Notes: generated by a model not told the origin, from the letters alone. 64,000 nt of DNA from a virus (IMGVR_UViG_3300034093_001947), one strand, 5' to 3'; shown: positions 18,979 through 28,095, counted from the first letter of the stretch. Numbers and translations: made by a program.

Positions 18979-19020
18979 CATTCTTAATGCTATACTTGTT
19001 TATCAACATAGGAGAATTCC

Positions 19021-19581
19021 GTGAACAGTGAAATTATGCAACGTTGGATGGAAATGGTTCAGTTTCGAATCACTGAAGGCAGTGATTACGGTTGGCAGTG
19101 TTTTGGTTATAATGCCTATACACTATCATCATGGGATGGCGATCAAGCTGGCACTAGTTTTAATATTACCTTTGACACAAAGGATCAAACAGTTTTTATG
19201 ATAGAAGCTCACGACTTCTCAAATGATCGTGCCTATCGTTGGATTGATCCTACTCATCAATCTCAGTTTACGCAAGAAGTTTCAAATCGCGGCATAACTG
19301 ATGAGGCTTGGGAAGATGTTCAATATGTAGATCTCGAAGTAGTTGACGACTGGTTTGAAAAAGCCACTGCTATATATAACGGAGAGCCGTATGATCAACG
19401 AGTCCAGATGCCAGTTGACTTTAGTGACGAAGAGTTGTTAAAGTATATGAAGCTGGCACACGAACGTGATATGACTTTCAACCAGTTTGTAGAAGAAGCT
19501 CTGCGAGCTGCCATTGAAGATTACAATCGTGACCCGGAGGGTACGAAGCAACGGGCAAAGGATTTTGTACGTGGCAAATGA
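19021..19581 (+). CDS. hypothetical protein
   Basis: ORF only. Confidence 0.45.
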   Translation: MNSEIMQRWMEMVQFRITEGSDYGWQCFGYNAYTLSSWDGDQAGTSFNITFDTKDQTVFMIEAHDFSNDRAYRWIDPTHQSQFTQEVSNRGITDEAWEDVQYVDLEVVDDWFEKATAIYNGEPYDQRVQMPVDFSDEELLKYMKLAHERDMTFNQFVEEALRAAIEDYNRDPEGTKQRAKDFVRGK

Positions 19582-19888
19582 ACTGGCAAAATATCTAAAC
19601 AGTCGCCGACGACATAAGGACGAGTCTGCTATTAAAAAACAGACCAAGATTGCTAAACAGCACAGAGTAAGCGAATACAATCCTGGTGAAGTTAAGCAAC
19701 CACATCGTTTCAATAAACGGCATGCAATGGACTGTGGTAACCCAGAATGCTTTATGTGCGGTAATCCACGCAAAACGCACAAAGACAAATTAACTACACA
19801 AGAAAAGCGTCTATTCCAAGATGTGGAAAAGACTTCCGATCGACACAGTAACGGATTGCCTCCAGATGACAAAGAAGATATACTATGA
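19571..19888 (+). CDS. hypothetical basic Cys-rich small protein
   Basis: GTG start with an AAGGA RBS, chosen because the long ATG start overlaps the upstream gene by 68 nt. Has a CGNPECFMCGNP motif. Confidence 0.35.
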   Translation: MANELAKYLNSRRRHKDESAIKKQTKIAKQHRVSEYNPGEVKQPHRFNKRHAMDCGNPECFMCGNPRKTHKDKLTTQEKRLFQDVEKTSDRHSNGLPPDDKEDIL

Positions 19889-20330
19889 GAAAGTTGGCCG
19901 CCGGTATATTCCAGTAGCCGAATATGATAACATGTTGCTAGACAGTTTCCCGAAAGGTGACCACCTAGTTATGTGTTACCCTGGTGGATCTAGCCGCAGA
20001 TTCAACATCGATCCACACTATGCACCTATGATTGCGGCTGGCCGTGTTGCTGAAGATGCTATCAGTAAAGCAGTGGTCAAAGCCAGCGAGATGCGTCCCC
20101 ACCGTACACCCATTACTGAGAAGCAACGTAAGGCTTGGGAATCTCTGGCCAAAGCATTTGACAATGATCGCTACTACATTGAAATCCCTAGTGCAAGAGA
20201 AATTGCCGAAGCGGGAGTTAAAGCAATGATTGATGAAGCCGACAAACTAATGGAGCACGAAAGTGTACGCAAAGCCTACGATCATTTCCAACTAATGTGT
20301 AAATTGGTTAAAGAAAACGAACGTGAATGA
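19868..20330 (+). CDS. hypothetical protein
   Basis: Internal ATG chosen to reduce the overlap; no motif. Confidence 0.35.
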
Positions 20331-21103
20331 CTCGCTTTTTATTATTGATGCTAGTTTGCGGATCTGTTTGGGCTAAACCGTTACCTCAAAGTGTGTTGCT
20401 GTACAACGATACTACCGGACACCACCTAATTCAATCTAATGCAGACACTGTTCGTCCTATTGCCAGTATTACTAAACTAATGACTGCTATGGTTACGTTA
20501 GATTATGACAAAGACCTTACCCGCACATTAAAATCTGCAGGCAAAGTCGGAGGAATACTGCCTCGAGGTACGTGGACACGAGGAGAGGTGATGCACGCCA
20601 TGTTGATTCGCAGTGACAACGATGCTGCCGAAACATTAGCAGCAGATTACCCCGGAGGTCGCAGTGCCTTTTTGGCAGCTATGAACGCTAAGGCTATATT
20701 ACTCAATATGCCTAACGCTAATTTTGGAGATCCGAGTGGACTCGATTCTAAGAATGTTACAACATTGCTCGGAGTTAAACGCTTACTGTTGGCAAGTTCA
20801 GAGTATCCTATTATCCGAGAAATTAGTGTAAAGAAACAGGCATTGTTTGATCATCGATTTAAAAAGAAAATACGTAAGATCGAATTACCAAATACCAACA
20901 AAGAATTATTATTTGAGTTTGACAATATTGTTGTGACTAAAACAGGACTAACTAATCCTGCAGGTTGGTGTTTAGGTATGGTTGTAGAACAGGGTGGACA
21001 AAAATATGTCATAGTAATTTTAGGTGCTAGAAATAAATTAGAGCGACTTAAAATTGCCAAAGAAATCATGTACAATAACATAACAGATACGGATTTGCGA
21101 TGA
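20327..21103 (+). CDS. D-alanyl-D-alanine carboxypeptidase (serine peptidase S11 / low-MW PBP-like)
   Basis: Signal peptide, SITK (SxxK), SDN (SxN) and KTG motifs in the canonical order and spacing. Confidence 0.7.
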   Translation: MTRFLLLMLVCGSVWAKPLPQSVLLYNDTTGHHLIQSNADTVRPIASITKLMTAMVTLDYDKDLTRTLKSAGKVGGILPRGTWTRGEVMHAMLIRSDNDAAETLAADYPGGRSAFLAAMNAKAILLNMPNANFGDPSGLDSKNVTTLLGVKRLLLASSEYPIIREISVKKQALFDHRFKKKIRKIELPNTNKELLFEFDNIVVTKTGLTNPAGWCLGMVVEQGGQKYVIVILGARNKLERLKIAKEIMYNNITDTDLR

Positions 21104-21288
21104 TATTAGTTGATCACGAGTATCATGTTGTTGAGTTACACACATTTAAGATACCACCTGCAGAAATGTTTGAGTGGCTACAACTTAAATTCGGTCCGGG
21201 TGACGGTTACCGTTGGATGTACAAGCATCCTAAAATTTATTTTGCAGATCCAAAAGATCACATGATGTTTTTGTTGAGGTGGTCATGA
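21100..21288 (+). CDS. MF[LI]LRW-family small protein, tandem copy 1
   Basis: Ends …DPKDHMMFLLRWS; ATGA overlap with the neighbours. Confidence 0.55.
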   Translation: MILVDHEYHVVELHTFKIPPAEMFEWLQLKFGPGDGYRWMYKHPKIYFADPKDHMMFLLRWS

Positions 21289-21506
21289 ATCGTACTCACT
21301 TGGATTATGAAGTATTTCTAGACTCCGGACTACACAATAAGGCAGGACGATGGTGTGCCCAACAGTTCGGACAGCGTTGGGAAGTAATAGGTTTTCAATC
21401 CGGGCGTTGGTCAATGTTTTGGGGCGGAAGAGATAGCCCGGGCAAGTATAGATTTTGTTTTGCCCATGAGCAAGACAAGCTGATGTTTATGTTGAGGTGG
21501 TCATGA
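21279..21506 (+). CDS. MF[LI]LRW-family small protein, tandem copy 2
   Basis: …AGRWCAQQFGQRWE…HEQDKLMFMLRWS; start embedded in GAGGTGGTCATGAAT. Confidence 0.55.
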   Translation: MVMNRTHLDYEVFLDSGLHNKAGRWCAQQFGQRWEVIGFQSGRWSMFWGGRDSPGKYRFCFAHEQDKLMFMLRWS

Positions 21507-21820
21507 ATATTGAACAAAGTGTAATTAACGAAGCAGCTCGCCAAATGGCTAAAGCTATTGACGATGAGTTACTAATGACCACAATGGGGTGGCACAAACT
21601 AGAACTAAGCGAAGGTACTGTTTACGGTTCTCGATATCTAACTGTACATCCTAACAACGGCTGGCACTGGAATGAAATGATGGATTGGACAGTAAAGACA
21701 TTTGGACCCACAGCACACGACGGAGTCTGGACACCTAACATGCGTTGGTATGCTAACAATGCTAAATTTTGGTTCCGAAATGAAAAGGATCGTACAATGT
21801 TTATTCTGAGGTGGGCATAA
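21497..21820 (+). CDS. MF[LI]LRW-family small protein, tandem copy 3
   Basis: …MMDWTVKTFGPTAHDGVW…FRNEKDRTMFILRWA. Confidence 0.55.
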   Translation: MVMNIEQSVINEAARQMAKAIDDELLMTTMGWHKLELSEGTVYGSRYLTVHPNNGWHWNEMMDWTVKTFGPTAHDGVWTPNMRWYANNAKFWFRNEKDRTMFILRWA

Positions 21821-22092
21821 TGGCCAGTATTAATACTATTATTGGCAGTGCTGAAACAGAGCCCGAAATCCAGCCAATGCAAACTGGCAAGGCCAAAGGT
21901 TGGATTGGTGAGTATCATTGGGTTAGTCTTCCTGTTACTGATCAAAACAAATACGAAAACACAACTGAGTTAGCCACTGAATGGTGTCGAGATCAGTTTG
22001 GTAAGAGTGGTGCTCGTTGGTTTGAAAAAGAACGTAAATTCTATTTCAAAAGTGAGAAGGACATGACTATGTTTATTCTGAGGTGGTCGTGA
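21811..22092 (+). CDS. MF[LI]LRW-family small protein, tandem copy 4
   Basis: …LATEWCRDQFGKSGARWFEKERKFYFKSEKDMTMFILRWS. Confidence 0.55.
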   Translation: MGIMASINTIIGSAETEPEIQPMQTGKAKGWIGEYHWVSLPVTDQNKYENTTELATEWCRDQFGKSGARWFEKERKFYFKSEKDMTMFILRWS

Positions 22093-22322
22093 GTGATACA
22101 GCAAGCTGGATTACATTTGGTAAAGAACGGTATTGGCAACATCCAGACATGGAACAATGGTGCCACGAACATGTAGGAACCGGTGGTTGGTCCTATCAGA
22201 CTCCTGAAACTTGGGAAGGCATGAATGGTAAGATTTGGGTCATGCATAGTATGTTTGGTAATACTACATTTGCCTTCAAGGATGCTAAACATTTAACAAT
22301 GTTTTTATTAAGGTGGTTATAA
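22083..22322 (+). CDS. MF[LI]LRW-family small protein, tandem copy 5
   Basis: …MEQWCHEHVGTGGW…FAFKDAKHLTMFLLRWL; GTG start embedded in GAGGTGGTCGTGAGT. Confidence 0.5.
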   Translation: MVVSDTASWITFGKERYWQHPDMEQWCHEHVGTGGWSYQTPETWEGMNGKIWVMHSMFGNTTFAFKDAKHLTMFLLRWL

Positions 22323-22386
22323 TGGAGTTGACAAAATTAAAAAAATTTGTTAAAGTATTAGATAAACATACAGAAAGAATTTTATC

Positions 22387-22605
22387 ATGACTATGGATCA
22401 AGCAGCGACCTGGTTAGCAGGCAGTATTTTAACAATGTTAGGTTTTATTGTAGTAATTGGTGCAGTATTGGTAATCAACAATCTACTGCATAAGTATTGG
22501 AAACCAGTGCAATTCTTTAAATGGGCAGAACATCCTTCTACTCGTTTTATGACGGAAGAAGAAACTACAAAGATTGCACCAGTAATAGACCAACAGAATA
22601 AATGA
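22387..22605 (+). CDS. small membrane protein
   Basis: Single strongly hydrophobic helix (LAGSILTMLGFIVVIGAVLVI). Confidence 0.4.
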   Translation: MTMDQAATWLAGSILTMLGFIVVIGAVLVINNLLHKYWKPVQFFKWAEHPSTRFMTEEETTKIAPVIDQQNK

Positions 22606-22612
22606 TAAATAC

Positions 22613-22864
22613 TTGATGCAGATTTCCGAATTGCTTTTTGAACTAGACTTTCAGGGTAGCCCCTGCACTAAAGATTGTAGTGGGCACAGTGCTGGATATG
22701 CATGGTCCATGAAACACGCTAACAAAAATTGCGATTCAAAAAACGCCAGCTTTAACAATGGCTGCAACATTGCAAAAAAGCAGATTGCCAGCAAGAATAT
22801 TAAAAAGCCAGTGGTGTCACAAACTACAAAACCTAGTGATCAGCCTGCAGAGGAGCCAGTATGA
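22613..22864 (+). CDS. hypothetical protein
   Basis: ORF only. Confidence 0.35.
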   Translation: MMQISELLFELDFQGSPCTKDCSGHSAGYAWSMKHANKNCDSKNASFNNGCNIAKKQIASKNIKKPVVSQTTKPSDQPAEEPV

Positions 22865-23076
22865 AATTTGCAGTAATTCTTGCATTGATGCTAACAGGAT
22901 GTGCTTCAAATCTAGATTTAGAAAAAAGCATCAGCAGAGATCGAACAATGGGCGATATGGCAAAAACTGCATTGATCAACGAAATGCTTAATAGTCCGGA
23001 TCCAGCAGTAAGACTAGAAGGATCAAGAATAGCCAAAGAGTTCATTGTTCCAAAAAAACGTCTATTTGATTTCTAA
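22861..23076 (+). CDS. small lipoprotein
   Basis: Signal peptide with an LTGC lipobox (MKFAVILALMLTGCAS). Confidence 0.5.
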   Translation: MKFAVILALMLTGCASNLDLEKSISRDRTMGDMAKTALINEMLNSPDPAVRLEGSRIAKEFIVPKKRLFDF

Positions 23077-23112
23077 ATTGGTAAAATAATCACTTTACAA
23101 CAGGAAAGAAAA

Positions 23113-23150
23113 CCTGTATAATAAATACATACAGCAAAGAGATAGACTCG
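23113..23150 (+). promoter_or_regulatory. phage promoter motif, extended -10 TGTATAAT followed by ACATACAGCAA
   Basis: cTGTATAATaaatACATACAGCAAAGAG matches the conserved motif seen at 26866, 28052 and 32491. Confidence 0.4.
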
Positions 23151-23178
23151 TTGCGTACATTATTCAAAGGATTTTTGA

Positions 23179-24201
23179 ATGTCAAAAAAATATGATACCC
23201 TTGTCCTCATCGGACGTTTTCAACCGCTTCACTCAGCTCACTTAGAGATTATCAAGCGAGCCACAGCACTAACTGATCAACTTGTGATCATCTGCGGTAG
23301 TGCTAAACAACCCCGAACTTATAAAAACCCATTTACATTCGATGAACGTGCTCGAATGATCAAGTCAGCAACTGCTGGACTTGCTATGCAGATCTATGTT
23401 GAGCCAAATATTGACACTATCTATAACGATCAGGCATGGGCTGTTCGTGTCCAAGGTATTGTTTCTAAATACCGTGTACTAGGTGGTGCCGGAGTGGGCA
23501 TTATCGGTCATAAAAAAGATGACAGCTCATTCTACTTGGATATGTTCCCACAGTGGGGCTATGAAGATGTTGAATTAGTAGAATTCCTCAGTGCTGTAAA
23601 CATTCGCGATCTCTACTTCAAGCGTGATGTCAATATGAAGTTCATTAAAGGTGTAGTGCCAGAGTCTACTTTAGACTTTTTGGAGCAGTTCCGCACCACA
23701 GATCAATACGAACAGATCATCCGCGAACGTGAGTTCATCATAGAACACAATAAACAATATGCTGGATTGAAGTATCCTCCGATCTTCTCAACTGCTGATG
23801 CTGTGGTTATCTGCTCAGGACATGTATTAATGATTCGTCGTCGTGCTGAACCCGGTAAAGGATTGTGGGCATTGCCAGGCGGCTATGTTAACGCCAATAC
23901 GGATAAAAGCGTAGAGGATGCAGCCATTCGTGAACTGCGTGAAGAAACACTAATTAAAGTTCCTGCTCCGGTGTTGCGTGGTAGTATTAAACGTAGTAAG
24001 GTCTTTGATGCAGTTGACCGTAGTCCGCGAGGTCGTATTATCACTCACGCATTCCACATTGAACTGCCTGACGGCGAGCTGCCAAAGGTAAAAGGCGGCG
24101 ATGATGCTGAAAAAGCACGTTGGGTTCCTATTGCCGAAGTTCGCAGTGAAGAATGTTTCGAAGACCACTACGAAATCATACAACACTTCTTGGGAGCATA
24201 A
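23179..24201 (+). CDS. nadM: bifunctional NMN adenylyltransferase / Nudix hydrolase (NadM-Nudix type)
   Basis: N-terminal archaeal-type NMNAT motif LIGRFQPLHSAH, and a C-terminal Nudix box GGYVNANTDKSVEDAAIRELREETLI (G-x5-E-x7-REuxEExGu). Confidence 0.8.
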   Translation: MSKKYDTLVLIGRFQPLHSAHLEIIKRATALTDQLVIICGSAKQPRTYKNPFTFDERARMIKSATAGLAMQIYVEPNIDTIYNDQAWAVRVQGIVSKYRVLGGAGVGIIGHKKDDSSFYLDMFPQWGYEDVELVEFLSAVNIRDLYFKRDVNMKFIKGVVPESTLDFLEQFRTTDQYEQIIREREFIIEHNKQYAGLKYPPIFSTADAVVICSGHVLMIRRRAEPGKGLWALPGGYVNANTDKSVEDAAIRELREETLIKVPAPVLRGSIKRSKVFDAVDRSPRGRIITHAFHIELPDGELPKVKGGDDAEKARWVPIAEVRSEECFEDHYEIIQHFLGA

Positions 24202-24202
24202 T

Positions 24203-24379
24203 ATGAACGAACGAATTAAAGAACTTGCCGAACAGTGCCACCATCGGTATAGTGAACATAACATTGATTTGGAAAAGTTCGCCGAGTTGATTGTTCGGGA
24301 ATGTGCTAATGTTGCCGCTGATCATGATGCCTTGGACATTTACGAAGAGATTAGAGAACATTTTGGAGTTGAAGAATGA
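24203..24379 (+). CDS. small hypothetical protein, duplicate A
   Basis: MNERIKELAEQCHH…KFAELIVREC…HFGVEE; start moved to 24203 to remove the overlap with nadM. Confidence 0.45.
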   Translation: MNERIKELAEQCHHRYSEHNIDLEKFAELIVRECANVAADHDALDIYEEIREHFGVEE

Positions 24380-24612
24380 ATGGTACACCGGCAGACAAAA
24401 GCCCGGGCATAACGGGCTTTATTGAAATCTTTGAGGGCAGGCTTAACAAAATGAAGCTACACCTTAAAGAAGAATTGAGCAAGGCCAAACACGATAGAGA
24501 CCGTAAGTGGATTAAACATCAGCTGGCCGATGCTCGTAAACTCAACAAGACACTGAAAGAAATGCGTAATGCTTCAGCAAAGAAGTGTCCGCATTGTGGA
24601 GAGAAACTATGA
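24376..24612 (+). CDS. hypothetical basic protein with a C-terminal CPHCGEKL
   Basis: ORF between the two duplicates. Confidence 0.4.
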   Translation: MNGTPADKSPGITGFIEIFEGRLNKMKLHLKEELSKAKHDRDRKWIKHQLADARKLNKTLKEMRNASAKKCPHCGEKL

Positions 24613-24842
24613 ACGAACGAATTAGAGAACTTGCTGAACAGGCTGGAGTGGGCTTTATGTTTGATCCTGATGCAGTTGTATTAGCTTTTAAGATGGAAAA
24701 GTTCGCTGAACTGATTGTGAGAGAATGTATTAAAAAATGTAAGGACCATCCATCCATAATTTTTAAGAATGAATGGGATGCTGATGTTGTGGCTCCGGAC
24801 ATTGTCAGCAGATTAGAATCACATTTCGGAGTTGAAGAATGA
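24609..24842 (+). CDS. small hypothetical protein, duplicate B
   Basis: MNERIRELAEQAG…KFAELIVRECIKKC…HFGVEE is a paralog of the 24203 gene, with identical N- and C-terminal blocks. Confidence 0.45.
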   Translation: MNERIRELAEQAGVGFMFDPDAVVLAFKMEKFAELIVRECIKKCKDHPSIIFKNEWDADVVAPDIVSRLESHFGVEE

Positions 24843-25312
24843 CATTAAAACATACTAAAGGTAATCTACTCGACCTAGCAGAAGCAGGTGAGTTCGATGT
24901 TGTGGTACAAGGCTGTAATTGCTTTAACACAATGGGCGGCGGCATTGCCCGAGAGATCCGTGAACGATTTCCAATGTGTGCAGAGATCGATAATCTAACT
25001 GCCAAAGGCGATCATATGAAACTAGGTAACTGGACAGAATTTGACCAAGGTACTTTTATTATCATCAATGCCTACACTCAGTACAATATGAGTCAAGGTA
25101 CTGATGTGTTTGAGTACACTGCATTTCAATTGATACTTGAGAAATTAACATTTATGTACGGTAACAAACGTATTGGATTGCCTTACATTGGATGCGGACT
25201 TGCCGGTGGCGACCAGGAAACTATTTTGGATATGATCGAACGGTTTGCCGCCCAGATTGCTAAACGAAGTGGTCAGGTTACACTCGTTGAATTTAGCCAA
25301 AGAATTAGTTGA
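24839..25312 (+). CDS. macro domain (ADP-ribose-binding/processing) protein
   Basis: …VVVQGCNCFNTMGGGIAREI… fits the macro-domain N-x-x-N … GGG[VI]A motif; 157 aa. Confidence 0.6.
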   Translation: MTLKHTKGNLLDLAEAGEFDVVVQGCNCFNTMGGGIAREIRERFPMCAEIDNLTAKGDHMKLGNWTEFDQGTFIIINAYTQYNMSQGTDVFEYTAFQLILEKLTFMYGNKRIGLPYIGCGLAGGDQETILDMIERFAAQIAKRSGQVTLVEFSQRIS

Positions 25313-25390
25313 CGCAGAAATAGGTCTGTGTTATACTATAAACAAGTCCAAGCGATAGACGCCTGGCATAACAAGTAAAGGAACTTTACA

Positions 25391-26830
25391 ATGAAACTCG
25401 CAAAAAATCTTATCCTGAACACAGACTCGTACAAAGTCTCGATGTTCAAACAATACCCAGCAGGAACCACAGGTGTATATTCATATATTGAATCACGCGG
25501 TGGGCGTTACGATAGAACTGTATTCTTCGGACTACAGGCTTTTATCAAGGAATACCTACTTGCACCCATCACACAAGCAGATATTGACATTGCTGAAGAA
25601 ATTCTTACCCTACACGGTGAACCCTTTAACAGAGAAGGATGGCAGTATATTCTTGACCAGCACCAAGGATTCTTGCCCGTTGTTATCCGAGCAGTCCCTG
25701 AAGGAACTATTGTCCCTGTCAAAAACGTACTCGCTACCATTGAGAATACCGATCCAAAATGTTATTGGTTGACCACTTGGTTGGAAACTGCTCTGCTTCG
25801 TGCAGTGTGGTACGGTACTACTGTGGCAACACAAAGCTGGAAAATTAAACAAGTCATTCTTGACTACTTGGAGCGTACAGGTGACCCTACTACTATTGAT
25901 TTTAAACTGCACGACTTTGGTGCTCGCGGTGTATCTAGCCTCGAAAGTGCTGGGATCGGTTCTGCGGCTCACCTCGTTAACTTTATGGGAACGGATACCA
26001 TTACTGGTATTCTTTACGCTCGTGAGTATTATGGAGCTGGCATTGCTGGGTTTTCTATTCCTGCTGCCGAACATAGCACAATCACTTCTTGGGGTCGCGA
26101 CGGTGAAGTAGATGCTTACAGAAATATGCTTACTCAGTTCGCTCGTCCCGGTACTATCCTCGCTGTTGTTAGTGATAGTTACGATATCTACAACGCAGCC
26201 TCTAAGCTCTGGGGCGAAGAACTTCGCCAACAAGTTATCGATAGTGGTGCTACTGTTGTCATTCGCCCTGATAGCGGCGATCCTGTTGAAGTCAACCGTA
26301 AGCTAGTTGAGATCCTTGGATCCAAGTTCGGATACACTACTAACAGCAAAGGCTTCAAAGTCCTGAACAACGTCAGACTGATCCAAGGTGACGGTATTAA
26401 CGAACTTACTGTTCGCAGTATCCTCGGTGCGTTCATGGCCATGGGCTGGAGTGCCGATAACATTGCTTTTGGTATGGGCGGTGCTCTGTTACAGATTGTA
26501 GATCGTGATACTCAACAATTTGCAATGAAGTGCTCTGCAATGAGCCGTACTGTTAGAGTTGAAGATGGTGATCTCGGATCTGGTTTTAAAACTGAATGGT
26601 TTGATGTGATCAAAGACCCAGTCACTGATCCTGGCAAGAAGTCTAAGGCAGGCCGTGTTACACTGTGGACTAACAGTGGTGGCGAGTTTGCATCAGGGGT
26701 AACTGAACCTACTGGTTGGACTGATCGGGGAATCGGCGGGTGGACCAACGCACTGGTTCCAGTTTACTGGAACGGCAACCTGCACAAAGATTACACCTTT
26801 GAGGAAGTTCGAGCTAACGCTCGCAAATAA
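25391..26830 (+). CDS. nadV: nicotinamide phosphoribosyltransferase (Nampt/NadV)
   Basis: The N-terminal LILNTDSYKVSMFKQYP matches the Nampt N-terminus. Further Nampt-family blocks include …HDFGARGVSS… and …GGALLQ…; 479 aa. Confidence 0.85.
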   Translation: MKLAKNLILNTDSYKVSMFKQYPAGTTGVYSYIESRGGRYDRTVFFGLQAFIKEYLLAPITQADIDIAEEILTLHGEPFNREGWQYILDQHQGFLPVVIRAVPEGTIVPVKNVLATIENTDPKCYWLTTWLETALLRAVWYGTTVATQSWKIKQVILDYLERTGDPTTIDFKLHDFGARGVSSLESAGIGSAAHLVNFMGTDTITGILYAREYYGAGIAGFSIPAAEHSTITSWGRDGEVDAYRNMLTQFARPGTILAVVSDSYDIYNAASKLWGEELRQQVIDSGATVVIRPDSGDPVEVNRKLVEILGSKFGYTTNSKGFKVLNNVRLIQGDGINELTVRSILGAFMAMGWSADNIAFGMGGALLQIVDRDTQQFAMKCSAMSRTVRVEDGDLGSGFKTEWFDVIKDPVTDPGKKSKAGRVTLWTNSGGEFASGVTEPTGWTDRGIGGWTNALVPVYWNGNLHKDYTFEEVRANARK

Positions 26831-26835
26831 AAATT

Positions 26836-26866
26836 AACAAGGGGCTTTACAACCCCTTGTTTTTAT
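26836..26866 (+). terminator. rho-independent terminator after nadV
   Basis: Hairpin ACAAGGGG-ctttacaa-CCCCTTGT followed by a TTTT run. Confidence 0.7.
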
Positions 26867-26905
26867 TGTATAATTTACACATAGCAACAAACACACTGAA
26901 AGAAT
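26866..26905 (+). promoter_or_regulatory. conserved phage promoter motif (extended -10)
   Basis: TTGTATAATttacACATAGCAACAAACACACTGAAAG lies directly upstream of the ATG at 26909 and is near-identical to the motif at 28052. Confidence 0.5.
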
Positions 26906-26908
26906 GCG

Positions 26909-28000
26909 ATGTCATATTTTCTAAAGTCAGGTAATACATTCCGGGTTTCTTCAAAAGAAGCTATGGATCTTCACGATACATTACCAGCAGGTAACTACGT
27001 GGTTAAAGAGATGCCCATGGATGGTCCCCTTTACCTTGAACATATTGAATCATTTGAAATCAAAGGAAAGCGTTATGGCGACTTGGACAAGAACACTAAT
27101 CGTATTCTAAATACATTCATGGATCGCTCTGCATCTACTGGTGTTATGCTGGCAGGCGAAAAAGGTTCCGGCAAATCACTGTTGGCTAAGAATTTGGCCA
27201 TCGAAGCAGCCAAGCGTTTGAGCATTCCTACTATTGTTATCAATGCACCATGGGTCGGGGACAAGTTTAATGCATTCATGCAGATGATTGAACAGCCTTG
27301 CGTAGTCTTGTTTGACGAGTTTGAAAAAGTTTATGATTCAGATGACCAAGAGAAGGCACTGACTTTGCTTGATGGTGTATTCCCAAGCAAGAAGCTGTTC
27401 ATTCTGACTTGTAACGACAAGTGGCGTATTGATCAAAACATGCGAAACCGCCCAGGCCGCCTGTACTACATGTTGGACTACAAAGGCCTTGATGCTAACT
27501 TCATTATGGAGTATTGTGCAGACAACTTGAAATCAGAGCTTCAGCATCACGCTGAAAAGCTATGTCAAATTGCCAGCTTGTTTAATCAGTTCAACTTTGA
27601 CATGTTAAAAGCGGCTGTTGAAGAAATGAATCGATACGACGAAGAACCGCAAGATGCTCTGCGTATGTTGAACGTTAAGCCAGAATTTGACTCGGGCAAC
27701 GCTTTCACTATGAAAGTTATCAAGGACGGAGAAGAAGTCAAAACATCGGACATGGAAACTTTTGAATGGAAAGGTAATCCACTTCAAGGACAGGTCAGTA
27801 TTCATGTCAAAGAGTACGAGGAAGAAAAGGACGAAGACGGCGACTTTGATTGGAATTGGAAAAGCATTAAATTTGATCCTAGCCATATTACAAAAATTGA
27901 CAGCCAATCTGGTAAGTTTGTTTTTGCCAATTCGGAAGGCGTACAGTTGGTTTTGAGCAGGATCAAAGACCGTAGCTATAACTATATGGACGCATTCTAA
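26909..28000 (+). CDS. AAA-family ATPase
   Basis: Walker A GEKGSGKS and a Walker B-like VVLFDEFE. Confidence 0.55.
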   Translation: MSYFLKSGNTFRVSSKEAMDLHDTLPAGNYVVKEMPMDGPLYLEHIESFEIKGKRYGDLDKNTNRILNTFMDRSASTGVMLAGEKGSGKSLLAKNLAIEAAKRLSIPTIVINAPWVGDKFNAFMQMIEQPCVVLFDEFEKVYDSDDQEKALTLLDGVFPSKKLFILTCNDKWRIDQNMRNRPGRLYYMLDYKGLDANFIMEYCADNLKSELQHHAEKLCQIASLFNQFNFDMLKAAVEEMNRYDEEPQDALRMLNVKPEFDSGNAFTMKVIKDGEEVKTSDMETFEWKGNPLQGQVSIHVKEYEEEKDEDGDFDWNWKSIKFDPSHITKIDSQSGKFVFANSEGVQLVLSRIKDRSYNYMDAF

Positions 28001-28021
28001 ATAGTTTTGGACTAAATTGGA

Positions 28022-28050
28022 CAAACCAGTTCTTGACAGGACTGGTTTTT
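28022..28050 (+). terminator. rho-independent terminator
   Basis: Hairpin AAACCAGT-tcttgacagg-ACTGGTTT followed by a TT run. Confidence 0.65.
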
Positions 28051-28051
28051 C

Positions 28052-28095
28052 CTTGTATAATATATACATAGACAGCAACACACTACTGAAAGGTT
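28052..28095 (+). promoter_or_regulatory. conserved phage promoter motif upstream of rIIA
   Basis: TTGTATAATatatACATAGACAGCAACACACTACTGAAAG. Confidence 0.5.

Noticed and set aside
25507-26748. Multiple 77-207 aa ORFs on both strands overlapping nadV
   Set aside because: The Nampt frame is supported by conserved motifs along its full length; the alternative frames are shadow ORFs.
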